49,322 nucleotides of DNA from an uncultured Bacilli bacterium (GTDB lineage: Bacteria; Bacillota_I; Bacilli_A; RF39; UBA660), in assembly GCA_947626595.1 (NCBI GenBank), contig CANQST010000005.1, positions 1-49,322 on the forward strand. Reading direction: 5' to 3'. Made by a program: the position numbers and the translations under genes. The notes beneath the pieces are model-generated. The model made no database searches, was not told the origin of the DNA, and saw nothing but the letters and a program-made list of their open reading frames with translations. Positions 27,972-38,194 of the stretch are shown piece after piece; within the stretch, counting starts at the first letter, position 1, and each line of letters opens with the position of its first letter.

Positions 27972-29400
27972 TTAAAATTTTTTCAATAATTTTCGTAGTT
28001 GATCTATCTTGATGTAATTTTATAAATTCTAGTTTTCCTCCATATGATTTTATTAATGACTCTTCGGGTATATTTTTATCTTTCCAGTCTTCACCTTTTA
28101 CACATATATCTGGTTGAATTAAGCTAATCAAATTACTTGGATTTTTATCTTCCATTAAAATAACATAATCTACTACTTCTAATGATGCAACCATATCAAT
28201 TCTATCTTCTTCTGATATTATAGGTCTTAAATCTCCTTTATTTTCTTTTACAGATAAATCACTATTAACAGCTACTACTAAAATATCACCAAATTTCTTC
28301 GCTTGCTTAAATGATGATAAATGACCAACATGAAGCATATCAAAGCAACCATTTGTAAATACTATTTTTTTACCTTTACTTTTTAAATCATTGATAACAT
28401 ATTTAGCAGTAATAGGCTTTAACAATTTAAAATCAGTGTTACATTCTATAGCAGATATTAATTCATCTAAAGTTAAGGTACTTGTACCAAACTTTGATAT
28501 TACTATAGATGCCGCAATATTGGCCAAGATACATATCTCATCAATTTTTAATTCAGTAGATATTAAAACTGCAATAATAGCCGCTACGGTGTCACCGGCT
28601 CCTGAGACATCAATTACTTCTTTAGCTTTAGCAGGAAAATCTTTTTTGTTACTACCATTTATTAGACTTATTCCATTTTCTGACCTAGTAATAATTAAAT
28701 ACTTTAAACCTAAATCTCTTTTTAATTTTAAGCCACAATCTAGAATATCTTTTTCAGTATCTAAGCTTGAGCTAGATACTTCACTTAATTCTTTCATGTT
28801 AGGAGTACATAAGGTTGCTCCTTCATATTTACAATAATCCTTTCCTTTTGGATCAACTATAACAGGAATATTTCTTTTCTTAGCTTCTTTAATGAGCAAT
28901 TGACTAAATTTCTTAGTAACAGCTCCTTTAGCATAATCAGAAATAATAATGGAATTTATATCAGATAGTATTTCATTAATATATTTTTCAACATAGTCAT
29001 AATAATCTTTAGGTAAAGGTTCTTTCCTTTCTTCATCAAGTCGAGCGAATTGTTGTTTTTTAGAGACAATTCTTGTTTTAATAATGGTTTTTAGTTCTTT
29101 ATATTTCTTAAAGAATTTTATATCTACTCTTTGATTAGTAAAATAATTAAATATTATATCACCAGCATAATCGTCACCTACACAGCCGATAGCTCTAACA
29201 GTTGTTCCTAGAGAAATCAAGTTATTAATGACATTTCCAGCTCCACCTAATTTTATTTGCTCTTGGTCTACTTCAATAACAGGAATTGGGGCTTCAGGAG
29301 ATATTCTATTAACGTTGCCAATAATGTATTTGTCAACCATATAATCGCCAAAAACAAGGACTTTTTTATGAGTTATTTCTTGTAATTTTTCTATGTTCAT
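27952..29400 (-). CDS. hldE: Bifunctional heptose-7-phosphate kinase / heptose-1-phosphate nucleotidyltransferase
   Basis: RISPEAPIP, GGAGNV, SDYAKG, VDPKG, TPN, DVSGAGDT; FTNGCFDMLHVGH, NSD, KGED, RSTT; ATG 29400 after GGAGG. Confidence 0.95.
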   Translation of the reverse strand: MNIEKLQEITHKKVLVFGDYMVDKYIIGNVNRISPEAPIPVIEVDQEQIKLGGAGNVINNLISLGTTVRAIGCVGDDYAGDIIFNYFTNQRVDIKFFKKYKELKTIIKTRIVSKKQQFARLDEERKEPLPKDYYDYVEKYINEILSDINSIIISDYAKGAVTKKFSQLLIKEAKKRNIPVIVDPKGKDYCKYEGATLCTPNMKELSEVSSSSLDTEKDILDCGLKLKRDLGLKYLIITRSENGISLINGSNKKDFPAKAKEVIDVSGAGDTVAAIIAVLISTELKIDEICILANIAASIVISKFGTSTLTLDELISAIECNTDFKLLKPITAKYVINDLKSKGKKIVFTNGCFDMLHVGHLSSFKQAKKFGDILVVAVNSDLSVKENKGDLRPIISEEDRIDMVASLEVVDYVILMEDKNPSNLISLIQPDICVKGEDWKDKNIPEESLIKSYGGKLEFIKLHQDRSTTKIIEKILSVYEKK

Positions 29401-30625
29401 TTGTACCTCCATAATTTTCTTCAATTAAATGTTCAATTTTTTGCCATGCATAATCAACTGTTATTTCATTTAAACATGGCCAAATCTTATCATTTTTTTG
29501 GAGAAATTTACATCTATTATTACAGTTTTTGCATTTCTTATTTTTAGCAACAATGCAAGGCTTTCTATATTTATCGCTACCTTTAAAATGATACAAGACA
29601 TATCTTTCATATGTATAGGCTCCCGAAATGATTGCTACAGGAACTTCTTCGATTACAGCAATGTGATATGCACTTGTATCATTTGTAACAACTAACTTTG
29701 CATTTTTTATGACATCTATATAGTCATTTAATGAAGTCTTGCATACAAAATCTTCATATGGTATATCTAATTTACTTTTAAATTCATCAATAGCTTCTTT
29801 ATCAGCATCAGTACCTACTAGTACTAATTTAAATTTAGTTTTTTCATATATTTTATGGGCTATTTCTACGTATCTATCGATTGGCCATCTTTTTAAACTG
29901 GTACTGGCACATGGAAAAACAATAAAATATTCTTTAGGTAATTTTAATTTTGTAGGAGTTGTTTTTAGTTTTTCTAAACTAGGAATTATATTTACTTTTT
30001 TATCAGTCAAGCCATTAATAAAGCTATTATAATATTCAATTAAAGATAAATTTGGTTCAGTAATTTGAATTATTTTATTATAAATTTTATTTATCTTTTT
30101 CATACTACAATGTAGTTCTACATTGATATCTCTTAAGCCTATTTTTTCTTTTCCCATAGCAGCTTTCATATATAAAATGTTAGTAGTCATTTCAAATATA
30201 CCGACTGGATCTAAAACTATATCATAATATTTATTGCGAATTGTCTTAAAATTCTTTATTCTTTCTTTTAGATTGACAGTTGCCTTGTTAAAATCTATAG
30301 GAATAATTTTGTCATAGGTATCATCTTTTTCATATAATTTATCTATGCCTTTCTGACATATTAAGGTTATTTCATAATTACTTTTAGGGTAGATTTTTCT
30401 TAAATGGATAGCAGAACATCTCCATATTACCCCATCACCAAAGACTAAATTATATATTACTAAGACTTTCTTTTTCTTTTCTTGTCTATATACTGGTTTT
30501 TTTATAAAAAATAAAATAATACTATCAACATAGTACATTATTGCTTTTAGTCGTCTAAGAAATATATTTTTATTAGACATTCCTAAGGCTTTTGTAAAAT
30601 TACTATTTAAATAATTATAACTCAT
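29366..30625 (-). CDS. GT9-family glycosyltransferase (heptosyltransferase-like)
   Basis: FGDGV, FPCASTSLKRWP, KTSL, VTNDTSAYHIA, C-terminal Cys cluster; lies inside the heptose operon. Confidence 0.88.
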   Translation of the reverse strand: MSYNYLNSNFTKALGMSNKNIFLRRLKAIMYYVDSIILFFIKKPVYRQEKKKKVLVIYNLVFGDGVIWRCSAIHLRKIYPKSNYEITLICQKGIDKLYEKDDTYDKIIPIDFNKATVNLKERIKNFKTIRNKYYDIVLDPVGIFEMTTNILYMKAAMGKEKIGLRDINVELHCSMKKINKIYNKIIQITEPNLSLIEYYNSFINGLTDKKVNIIPSLEKLKTTPTKLKLPKEYFIVFPCASTSLKRWPIDRYVEIAHKIYEKTKFKLVLVGTDADKEAIDEFKSKLDIPYEDFVCKTSLNDYIDVIKNAKLVVTNDTSAYHIAVIEEVPVAIISGAYTYERYVLYHFKGSDKYRKPCIVAKNKKCKNCNNRCKFLQKNDKIWPCLNEITVDYAWQKIEHLIEENYGGTNEHRKITRNNS

Positions 30626-30651
30626 ACATGTACCTCCCTAATAGATAAGTT

Positions 30652-31236
30652 TTAATCATTATAATAACTTTTTAATTCTTTTTCAACAAATTCACATATT
30701 AGATGATATGACATTAAGTGATGTTCCTGAACTCTAGCAGTTTCTTTATAAGATAGATTTAAGCAAATATCACTTAGTTCTTTAATCTGACCACCATCTT
30801 TACCAGTTAGAGATATAATAGTAAGACCTTTTTCTTTAGCAGTTTTTATAGCTTCAATAATATTTTTAGAATTACCACTAGTAGAAATTCCTATAAAAAT
30901 ATCATTTTTATTTCCTAATCCTTCTATTTGTCTAGCAAAAATATAGTCATATCCATAGTCATTACCAATAGATGTTATAATAGAAGTATCTGTTGTTAAG
31001 GCAATGGCAGGGTATCCCTTTCTTTCGAGAACAAATCTACCAATTATTTCAGCTGCAAAGTGTTGGGCATCAGCGGCTGAACCTCCATTACCAGCAATTA
31101 ATATTTTTCCCCCATTTTTTATGCATTTCACAATACTTTCACTTATTTTGATAAGTGTTTCTATATAATCTCCTTTTTTCAAATTATTTAAATTATTTAT
31201 TTGTTCATCTATTACATTATTAATTCTATCTTTCAT
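30652..31236 (-). CDS. gmhA: Sedoheptulose-7-phosphate isomerase
   Basis: [36 protein letters not shown]. Confidence 0.96.
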   Translation of the reverse strand: MKDRINNVIDEQINNLNNLKKGDYIETLIKISESIVKCIKNGGKILIAGNGGSAADAQHFAAEIIGRFVLERKGYPAIALTTDTSIITSIGNDYGYDYIFARQIEGLGNKNDIFIGISTSGNSKNIIEAIKTAKEKGLTIISLTGKDGGQIKELSDICLNLSYKETARVQEHHLMSYHLICEFVEKELKSYYND

Positions 31237-31535
31237 AGTGCATCTCCTATATAAATAATATCATATAGAATATTGTTTTTCAATTAATAGAAAAAAATAT
31301 AATTAAATTTGTTAATTCTAAAAGTAAAAACCAATAGTTTATTATTTTGAAAATTAACATAATATACCAAATTTTAGTTTTTTACTTTTAATTGTATTGT
31401 AGCTATGGTATAATTAGGTTATATGTAGAAGCATAGTAACATATTATATGTTTTATATTCGCTCCACAATATTATTTGTGTTGACATGAAAAAATTATAA
31501 ATAGGGGAAATAATCAAATTAATTAAGGAGAGTTT

Positions 31536-33326
31536 ATGAAAAAATATATTCACTATTGTTGGTTTGGAAACCAAAAGCTACCAAAACTTGCTGAGAATTG
31601 TATAAAAAGTTGGAAAAAATTTTTGCCAGATTATGAAATTATAGAGTGGAATGAAAGCAATGTTGATTTGAATGAATGTCCTTTTATAAAAGAAGCATAT
31701 GCAAATAAAAAATGGGCTTTTGTTGCGGATTATGTAAGAACTAAAGTCTTATATGAAATGGGTGGAATTTACTTTGATACGGATATGATGGTTACTAAAA
31801 ATATTGATTTTCTTTTTAATAATGAGACTTTTTTGGGTGTTGAAGACTCTGGTTTTATTGCGTGTGGTGTTTGGTATGAAAAACATGCTAAAAATTATTT
31901 GCCTTGTGAATTATTAAAATTTTATAGAAGCTTAGAGGGCTTTGATAAAGATAATACTCATTCTATCAGTATCCCTAGAATTATTACCGATTTATTAACA
32001 CCTATAGGATTTAACCCTAGTAAAGTAAATCATATACAAAGATTAGAAAATGATATATGTATATATCCACGTGATTACTTTTACCCTTATTCTTATAATA
32101 GAGATAATAATATTTTTACTGATAATACATGCATGATACATTATTATGATGCTAGTTGGGTATCAAAGTGGGAACAAAGGGAAAATAGAATATACAGAAA
32201 ATATGGCAAAGAGAAAGGCAATAAGATAATTCAAAGAAGAATAAAAAGAAATAATTTTATAAAGAAAATTATTAAATTTCCTCTTTATCCAGTTGTTTTG
32301 TATAGAAGAGAGAAATTAATTGATAAAAAAATAGAAGAGTTTAGAAAAAATTTTAAGAATATTTCTAATAAATATATTGTTTTACATAATCCAGAATGGA
32401 TGGGAATAACTTCTTCTACAAAAGAAATATTTAGTAGTACTTTACCTCTTGGAGAATTAAATAGTGATAAAGAAATAGACAGTATTGCTAATGTAATAGC
32501 AAGTTCAAATTTAAAATTGGTAATTTTTAGTGGCTTTACTAAGAAATGGAATTTGCTTGTAGAAAGAATTAATGAATTAAATTCTAATATAAATATAAAA
32601 GTTTTATGGCATGGAAGTAATGCTATGCATGTTGAAGACTACGATTGGGAAATATTTGATAATATTTTTAGATTGCTAAAAGAAAAGAAAATATACTCTA
32701 TTGGATTTGTTAAGAAAAGTATGTATGAACTTTATAAAGCAAAAGGATATAATGTGGAATTTGTAATGAATAATGTTAGTTTGACTGGTTTAGAAAAAGT
32801 GCAAAAAGCAAATGACAATGGTACTATTAAAATTGGTTTATATGCATCTGGTGATAGATGGGTAAAAAATTTTTATAATCAGTTAGCAGCAGCAAGTCTT
32901 ATTGATAATTGTGAGATAGATTGTATTCCTCTTTCAAATAAGGCTGTAGAGTTTTCCAAGTTATTAAATGTTAAGTTAAATGGACTTTCTAACTCTATAA
33001 ATAGAAATGATTTGATTAGAAGAATGGCTATGAATGATATAAATATTTATACCACATTTGTAGAGTGTGCTCCAATAATACCACTAGAAAGCCTTGAAAT
33101 GGGTGTTCCTTGTATAACTGGTAATAATCATCATTATTGGGAAAATACTGAATTAGAAAAATATTTGATAGTTGATAAAGTTGATAATCCTATTGAAATA
33201 AAAAAACAAATTGAACTTTGCATTAAAAATAAAGATAAAATTATAAAATTATACAAAGAGTGGAAAAGTGAATATGATAAACTTTCTTTAAAAAGTGTAA
33301 ATGATTTTATAAAAGTAGAAGATTAG
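31536..33326 (+). CDS. Two-domain glycosyltransferase: GT32-like (DXD) + GT-B-like C-terminal domain
   Basis: IHYCWFG, WAFVADYVR, GGIYFDTD, HYYDASW; C-terminal WHG, KNFYNQL, ECAPIIPLESLEMGVPCI. Confidence 0.85.
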   Translation: MKKYIHYCWFGNQKLPKLAENCIKSWKKFLPDYEIIEWNESNVDLNECPFIKEAYANKKWAFVADYVRTKVLYEMGGIYFDTDMMVTKNIDFLFNNETFLGVEDSGFIACGVWYEKHAKNYLPCELLKFYRSLEGFDKDNTHSISIPRIITDLLTPIGFNPSKVNHIQRLENDICIYPRDYFYPYSYNRDNNIFTDNTCMIHYYDASWVSKWEQRENRIYRKYGKEKGNKIIQRRIKRNNFIKKIIKFPLYPVVLYRREKLIDKKIEEFRKNFKNISNKYIVLHNPEWMGITSSTKEIFSSTLPLGELNSDKEIDSIANVIASSNLKLVIFSGFTKKWNLLVERINELNSNINIKVLWHGSNAMHVEDYDWEIFDNIFRLLKEKKIYSIGFVKKSMYELYKAKGYNVEFVMNNVSLTGLEKVQKANDNGTIKIGLYASGDRWVKNFYNQLAAASLIDNCEIDCIPLSNKAVEFSKLLNVKLNGLSNSINRNDLIRRMAMNDINIYTTFVECAPIIPLESLEMGVPCITGNNHHYWENTELEKYLIVDKVDNPIEIKKQIELCIKNKDKIIKLYKEWKSEYDKLSLKSVNDFIKVED

Positions 33327-33330
33327 GGGG

Positions 33331-35007
33331 ATGATAGTAATGAAAAAAGTAAAATTATCTATAGTTGTTCCAGTATATAATGTGGAAAAATATATTGATG
33401 AGTGTTTAAAATCTCTCGTTAATCAAACTGTTAATGATTATGAAATAATTGTAGTAAATGATGGAAGTACTGATAATTCATTAAGTATATGTGAAAACTA
33501 TAAAGATGATAAAAAAATAAAAATATTTACTAAAGAAAATGGAGGTTTATCAAGTGCCAGAAACTATGGTATTGATAAGGCTAAAGGTGAGTATATAGCT
33601 TTCGTTGACTCAGATGATTGGGTAGTTCCTAACTATGTTGAGACAATTATCATGAAGTTAGAAGAACAATATGATGTTATAAGCTTCAATGTGATAAATA
33701 TTAATGATGGATGGAAAGATGGGACAATAAGATATATCTATAATGATTTTGATAAAATGAGTAAATCAGATATTATTAAAGAAAGTCTAAATCCATCATT
33801 TGCTTGGGCTAGAGTGTACAAATCAGATATTATTAAAAAATACAAATTTCCAAAAGAAAATTACTGGTATGAAGATATGGCAACAGTTCCAATAATACTA
33901 TCTTACGCCAATAAAATTGGTCATATAGATGAGGCTTTATATTATTATAGACAAAGAAAAGGATCAATAACATCATCAAATATGAACCCAAAAAGTCTAG
34001 GTTTTATAACGGCTTTAGAAAATAGTTTAAGTAAAATAAATCAAAAGTATAGAGAATGTTTTTTATATGCTATGTATAGAAGTATAGTAACATTTATATA
34101 TTTTAAGCCAGAGTATTCTTTTGAGTATCTAGAATTATATCATAAATATAAAGAAGAGTTTGATAACAACTGTTATATTCAAAGTGATATAAAAGAAGGA
34201 AAAATAGAAAATTTAGCAACTAAAGAACTTATTCCTAAAAAAATTCATTATTTTTGGTTTGGTCATGGTAAGAAAGGTGAATTGTTTCAAAAGTGTTATC
34301 AATCTTGGAAAGAGTATGCTCCTGATTTTGAAATTATTGAATGGAACGAAAGTAATTGTGACGTAAATGAATGCGACTATGTAAAAGAGGCATATGAAAA
34401 TAAAAAATGGGCTTTTGTTGCGGATTACTTTAGAATTAAAATATTGAAAGAACATGGTGGGATATATGTAGATACAGATGTTGAATTTAAAAAGCATATC
34501 CATTGTTTATTATTAAATAAAGTATTTTTTGCTTTTGAAACTAATAATGTTAATGCTGCTATTTTTGGATGTGTTCCTAATGCAAACATAATTAATGAAG
34601 TGTATAATTCTTATCTTAATGATAAATTTATAAATGAAGATGGGGATTTTAAGACCTTTATTACTATTCCTATTAGACTTTCTAAAATTCTTAAAAAGAA
34701 TACTGAAATAAAGCTTGATGGTCATGAACAATTATTAAAAGATGATATAAAAATTTATTCGGCTGATGTATTGACTGTTGACATGTATAATAATAGGAAT
34801 ATAGCAGAACATCATTATGAGGCTACGTGGTGGGATGCTAAATATGGTATTCAGTCATATAAGTATAATGTTTTACAATATTATTTTGGTAATGTAGCTG
34901 ACTTTGATGATTATCATGGTATAATGTACCATTTAAAATGTATATTTAGAAAGATAATTCCATTATCAATTAGAAAAGGATTGAAAAAAATACTTGGAAG
35001 GGGGTAG
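33331..35007 (+). CDS. Two-domain glycosyltransferase: GT2 + GT32-like
   Basis: N-terminal SIVVPVYN/NDGSTD/FVDSDD/YED; C-terminal IPKKIHYFWFG, WAFVADY, GGIYVDTD, HHYEATW. Confidence 0.88.
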   Translation: MIVMKKVKLSIVVPVYNVEKYIDECLKSLVNQTVNDYEIIVVNDGSTDNSLSICENYKDDKKIKIFTKENGGLSSARNYGIDKAKGEYIAFVDSDDWVVPNYVETIIMKLEEQYDVISFNVININDGWKDGTIRYIYNDFDKMSKSDIIKESLNPSFAWARVYKSDIIKKYKFPKENYWYEDMATVPIILSYANKIGHIDEALYYYRQRKGSITSSNMNPKSLGFITALENSLSKINQKYRECFLYAMYRSIVTFIYFKPEYSFEYLELYHKYKEEFDNNCYIQSDIKEGKIENLATKELIPKKIHYFWFGHGKKGELFQKCYQSWKEYAPDFEIIEWNESNCDVNECDYVKEAYENKKWAFVADYFRIKILKEHGGIYVDTDVEFKKHIHCLLLNKVFFAFETNNVNAAIFGCVPNANIINEVYNSYLNDKFINEDGDFKTFITIPIRLSKILKKNTEIKLDGHEQLLKDDIKIYSADVLTVDMYNNRNIAEHHYEATWWDAKYGIQSYKYNVLQYYFGNVADFDDYHGIMYHLKCIFRKIIPLSIRKGLKKILGRG

Positions 35008-35012
35008 TTCAG

Positions 35013-37130
35013 TTGAAAAATATTAGAAAGAAAAAAGTATTATTTTTCTTAATTGAATATCTTATTTTATTTTTATCATATAATTTTAAATCTATAATTA
35101 ATATGAAATTTAATGATTTAATAAATTTACCAGTAATAATTATGCTCGGTTTACTAATTATAATATATTTAATAGATAGAACTTTAAAGGATAAGTTTAA
35201 AAAGATGAAATGGCTTTTATCAATTAGTATATTGATATATGCTATTATAAGTCCATTACTTTCATCTATAAATATTTTAAATTATATATTTGTCTTTTAT
35301 TTTTTAATTTTTATATCATTTATAATTCACGAATTATTTAATTATAATTTTAGTATATCATTAGGAATATCAACACTTACTCTTGTTTTAATATTATTTT
35401 TATTATCATTGTTTAATCTATTAATATATACTAAAGTATTAATTGGTTTAATCATTATAGTTGGTATATTTTATCTTGTCTTTAAATATAAACGTAAGTC
35501 TAAAATCTTAGATGATATAAATTCATATATTGATCCAACATTAATAATTTTTGCCTTATTCTTTTTAATATCAATAGTAAATGGTTTTCAAAGATATGTT
35601 CATTATTGGGACGAATACAATATGTGGGGATTATCTGCTAAAAAGGTTATTTTATCAAATAGTATTGCTGGCTTTTCATACCCACCTATAATGGCTTTAT
35701 GGAGTTACTTTGTAAGTTTATTTGATACATTTAGAGAAAGTAATTTGTACATTGCTAATTCTATATACATATATATATTCATTATGAGTTTATTTTCTAG
35801 CATTAAAAATAAAAAGACATATATTTTATTATTTTTGGTATCTATAAGTTTCTATTATCTATTTAATGATGTATATTCAATGCAAAATTTATATGCTGAT
35901 TTTCCATCTGCAGTTGTCTTTGGTTTTGGTTTAATTGTTTGTTATTTTTCAATCATAAAAAAGAAAATGCCAACACTTTTGTTATTACTGCCAAGTGCTG
36001 TAATAACATTAATGAAACCTCAAGGTTTTGCTTTAGCAACTTGTTTAATTTTTCTAGCTATGCTATTATATTCTGTACATGATCTTAAGTGGAATTTAAA
36101 ATTAAAAATTATAAAGAAGAACATAATAGCTATTATTAAGAAATTTTGGTATGTTATTTTACCTATTGTTTTATATTTATCTTGGGTAGTTTTTTCTAAT
36201 AAGTTTTTAGTTCAAGATGTTTATATAAGTAATGTAACTGGACCATCTGGACTTTCAACACATTTTTTAGATAGTCCTAATATGAGAAATCTAATCATAT
36301 TTATAGCGAATGCTTTTAATTATTCGGATAATATTGTTTTTAGTAGTATTATACCATTATCATTGTCTAACTATTTTATATTTATAGGTGTATCATTATT
36401 TTTATGCTTTTACGCAAAGCATAAAAATATCAAAAAGTCATTACTATATATGGCGCCATTTATGATTGTATTCATTTGCTATTTCATTTTAACTTCTTTA
36501 TCATTACTAGTAGTAATGCCAATTGAAGATGCTCTTAATTTGTCATCATTTACTAGATATTTAGGCAATTTTAATCTAGGAATTTTTATGTTTTTACTAT
36601 GGCTTATCTTCAAAGACTTTCAAGATAGTAAAAAATATGTATTACTTATTATAACTGGTATAATATTAATATCAGTACCTATTTCTAAAACTTTTTCATT
36701 TGTTTTTGATGTTAAAACAAGATCTGAAGTAAAAGGCGTATATTATAGTGATATAGGACATTTTAGTACAGTATTAGAAAATACTAGTAAATCTTCTAAA
36801 ATATATGTTTTAGATCAAGAAGATAAGTCAGGATATTTACCTATGTGTAAAGCTCAGTATTACTTGTATCCAAGAGTTACTAATGCCAATGGTCAAATAA
36901 ATTGGAAAATACAAACTAAAGATCAAAAAGAAAAATGGATGTTAAATGCTAAAAGTTTAGAAAAAACTTTAATTAAAAATAAGTTTGATTATTTATTCTT
37001 ATATTCTTCTACTGATGAGTTATTTAATGAAATTTCATACATGGCAGAAGATAAGGACAATATAGAAAAATATAAGTTATTTAAAATAGATGTTGTAAAT
37101 AATTCTGTATCTTTAAAGCCAGTAGAGTAG
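35013..37130 (+). CDS. Polytopic membrane protein, probable GT-C-type glycosyltransferase
   Basis: Many TMs, loop motif WDEYNMWG, YPP, YAD, KPQG, soluble C-terminal domain; adjacent to GT2/DUF2304 and flippase genes. Confidence 0.6.
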   Translation: MKNIRKKKVLFFLIEYLILFLSYNFKSIINMKFNDLINLPVIIMLGLLIIIYLIDRTLKDKFKKMKWLLSISILIYAIISPLLSSINILNYIFVFYFLIFISFIIHELFNYNFSISLGISTLTLVLILFLLSLFNLLIYTKVLIGLIIIVGIFYLVFKYKRKSKILDDINSYIDPTLIIFALFFLISIVNGFQRYVHYWDEYNMWGLSAKKVILSNSIAGFSYPPIMALWSYFVSLFDTFRESNLYIANSIYIYIFIMSLFSSIKNKKTYILLFLVSISFYYLFNDVYSMQNLYADFPSAVVFGFGLIVCYFSIIKKKMPTLLLLLPSAVITLMKPQGFALATCLIFLAMLLYSVHDLKWNLKLKIIKKNIIAIIKKFWYVILPIVLYLSWVVFSNKFLVQDVYISNVTGPSGLSTHFLDSPNMRNLIIFIANAFNYSDNIVFSSIIPLSLSNYFIFIGVSLFLCFYAKHKNIKKSLLYMAPFMIVFICYFILTSLSLLVVMPIEDALNLSSFTRYLGNFNLGIFMFLLWLIFKDFQDSKKYVLLIITGIILISVPISKTFSFVFDVKTRSEVKGVYYSDIGHFSTVLENTSKSSKIYVLDQEDKSGYLPMCKAQYYLYPRVTNANGQINWKIQTKDQKEKWMLNAKSLEKTLIKNKFDYLFLYSSTDELFNEISYMAEDKDNIEKYKLFKIDVVNNSVSLKPVE

Positions 37131-37139
37131 GAGGTACAT

Positions 37140-37847
37140 ATGAAAATTTTATTAATAATTCCAGCTTATAATGAAGAAGCAAATATACTAAATACATACA
37201 ACACCATTATGGAATATAACAAAAAAAATAAGACTAATTATGATGCCATAGTAATTAATGATGGTTCAATTGATAATACCAAAGAAATACTTAAAAAAAA
37301 TAAAATACCTCATATTAATCTAATTAATAATTTAGGTATAGGTGGCGCTGTCCAAACAGGCTACAAATACGCTTTCGAAAATGATTATGACGTTGCTGTA
37401 CAATATGATGGTGATGGTCAACATGACGTTAGGTATGTTAAAGATTTAGTCGCAAACCTAGAAAAAGGCTATGATATGGTAATTGGCTCTAGATTTATTG
37501 AAGAAAAAAGTGATTTTAAATCTACTAAGATGAGAAGAGTAGGTATTAATATTATTTCTTTCTTTATAAAGCTATTTACTGGCAAAAAAATATATGATAC
37601 TACATCAGGCTTTAGAGCTTGTAATAGGAACTTAATTGAAAAATTTTCTATATCATATCCAACTGAGTATCCCGAACCCATTTCAACAGTAGAAGCTTTA
37701 AAAATGAACTATAAAGTATCTGAAGTAGCTGTTGAAATGAATGAAAGACAAGCCGGCAAATCTTCAATTCATTCTTGGAAAAATATTTATTACATGATTA
37801 ATGTAATATTATCTATATTAGTTGTTGGAACAAGGAGGTATAAATAA
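37140..37847 (+). CDS. DPM1-like GT2 (polyprenol-P-sugar synthase, GacI-like)
   Basis: IIPAYNEE, NLGIGGAVQTG, QYDGDGQH, GSRF, DTTSGFR. Confidence 0.9.
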   Translation: MKILLIIPAYNEEANILNTYNTIMEYNKKNKTNYDAIVINDGSIDNTKEILKKNKIPHINLINNLGIGGAVQTGYKYAFENDYDVAVQYDGDGQHDVRYVKDLVANLEKGYDMVIGSRFIEEKSDFKSTKMRRVGINIISFFIKLFTGKKIYDTTSGFRACNRNLIEKFSISYPTEYPEPISTVEALKMNYKVSEVAVEMNERQAGKSSIHSWKNIYYMINVILSILVVGTRRYK

Positions 37848-38194
37848 TGTCATTTAATTTAAGATTAGGTATAATTATTGTTTCTATAGTATTATTTCTT
37901 ATAATTTTTGTCATATTAAAAAAAGAAAAAATTCCCGTTAAATATTCACTAGTTTGGTTTTTTTCAAGTCTATTAATATTACTTGTAGGTCTTATTCCAA
38001 ATCTATTATCTTCTTTTTCTAAGATGCTAGGCTTTATAACTATGTCTAATATGGTTATTGGAATATTTATTTTTATACTTCTTCTTATTACTGTTTCCTT
38101 AACGGTTATTGTGTCTAGTCAAAAGAAAAAAATCACTCTATTAATTCAAGAAATATCATTATTAAAGGAAAAGGTAAATAAAAATGACAAGTAG
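37847..38194 (+). CDS. DUF2304-like small membrane protein (GacJ-like)
   Basis: 115 aa, 3 TMs, YSLVW, LGF, terminal LIQEISLL; coupled to the DPM1-like GT2. Confidence 0.82.
   Translation: MSFNLRLGIIIVSIVLFLIIFVILKKEKIPVKYSLVWFFSSLLILLVGLIPNLLSSFSKMLGFITMSNMVIGIFIFILLLITVSLTVIVSSQKKKITLLIQEISLLKEKVNKNDK

Noticed and set aside
31409-31535. Small hairpins in the leader of the GT32 operon
   Set aside because: Short AT-rich stems expected by chance; no recognisable riboswitch or antiterminator motif
33763-33837. 18-nt direct repeat AAATCAGATATTATTAAA (KSDIIK twice) inside a GT gene
   Set aside because: Only two copies, in frame and AT-rich; no sign of function
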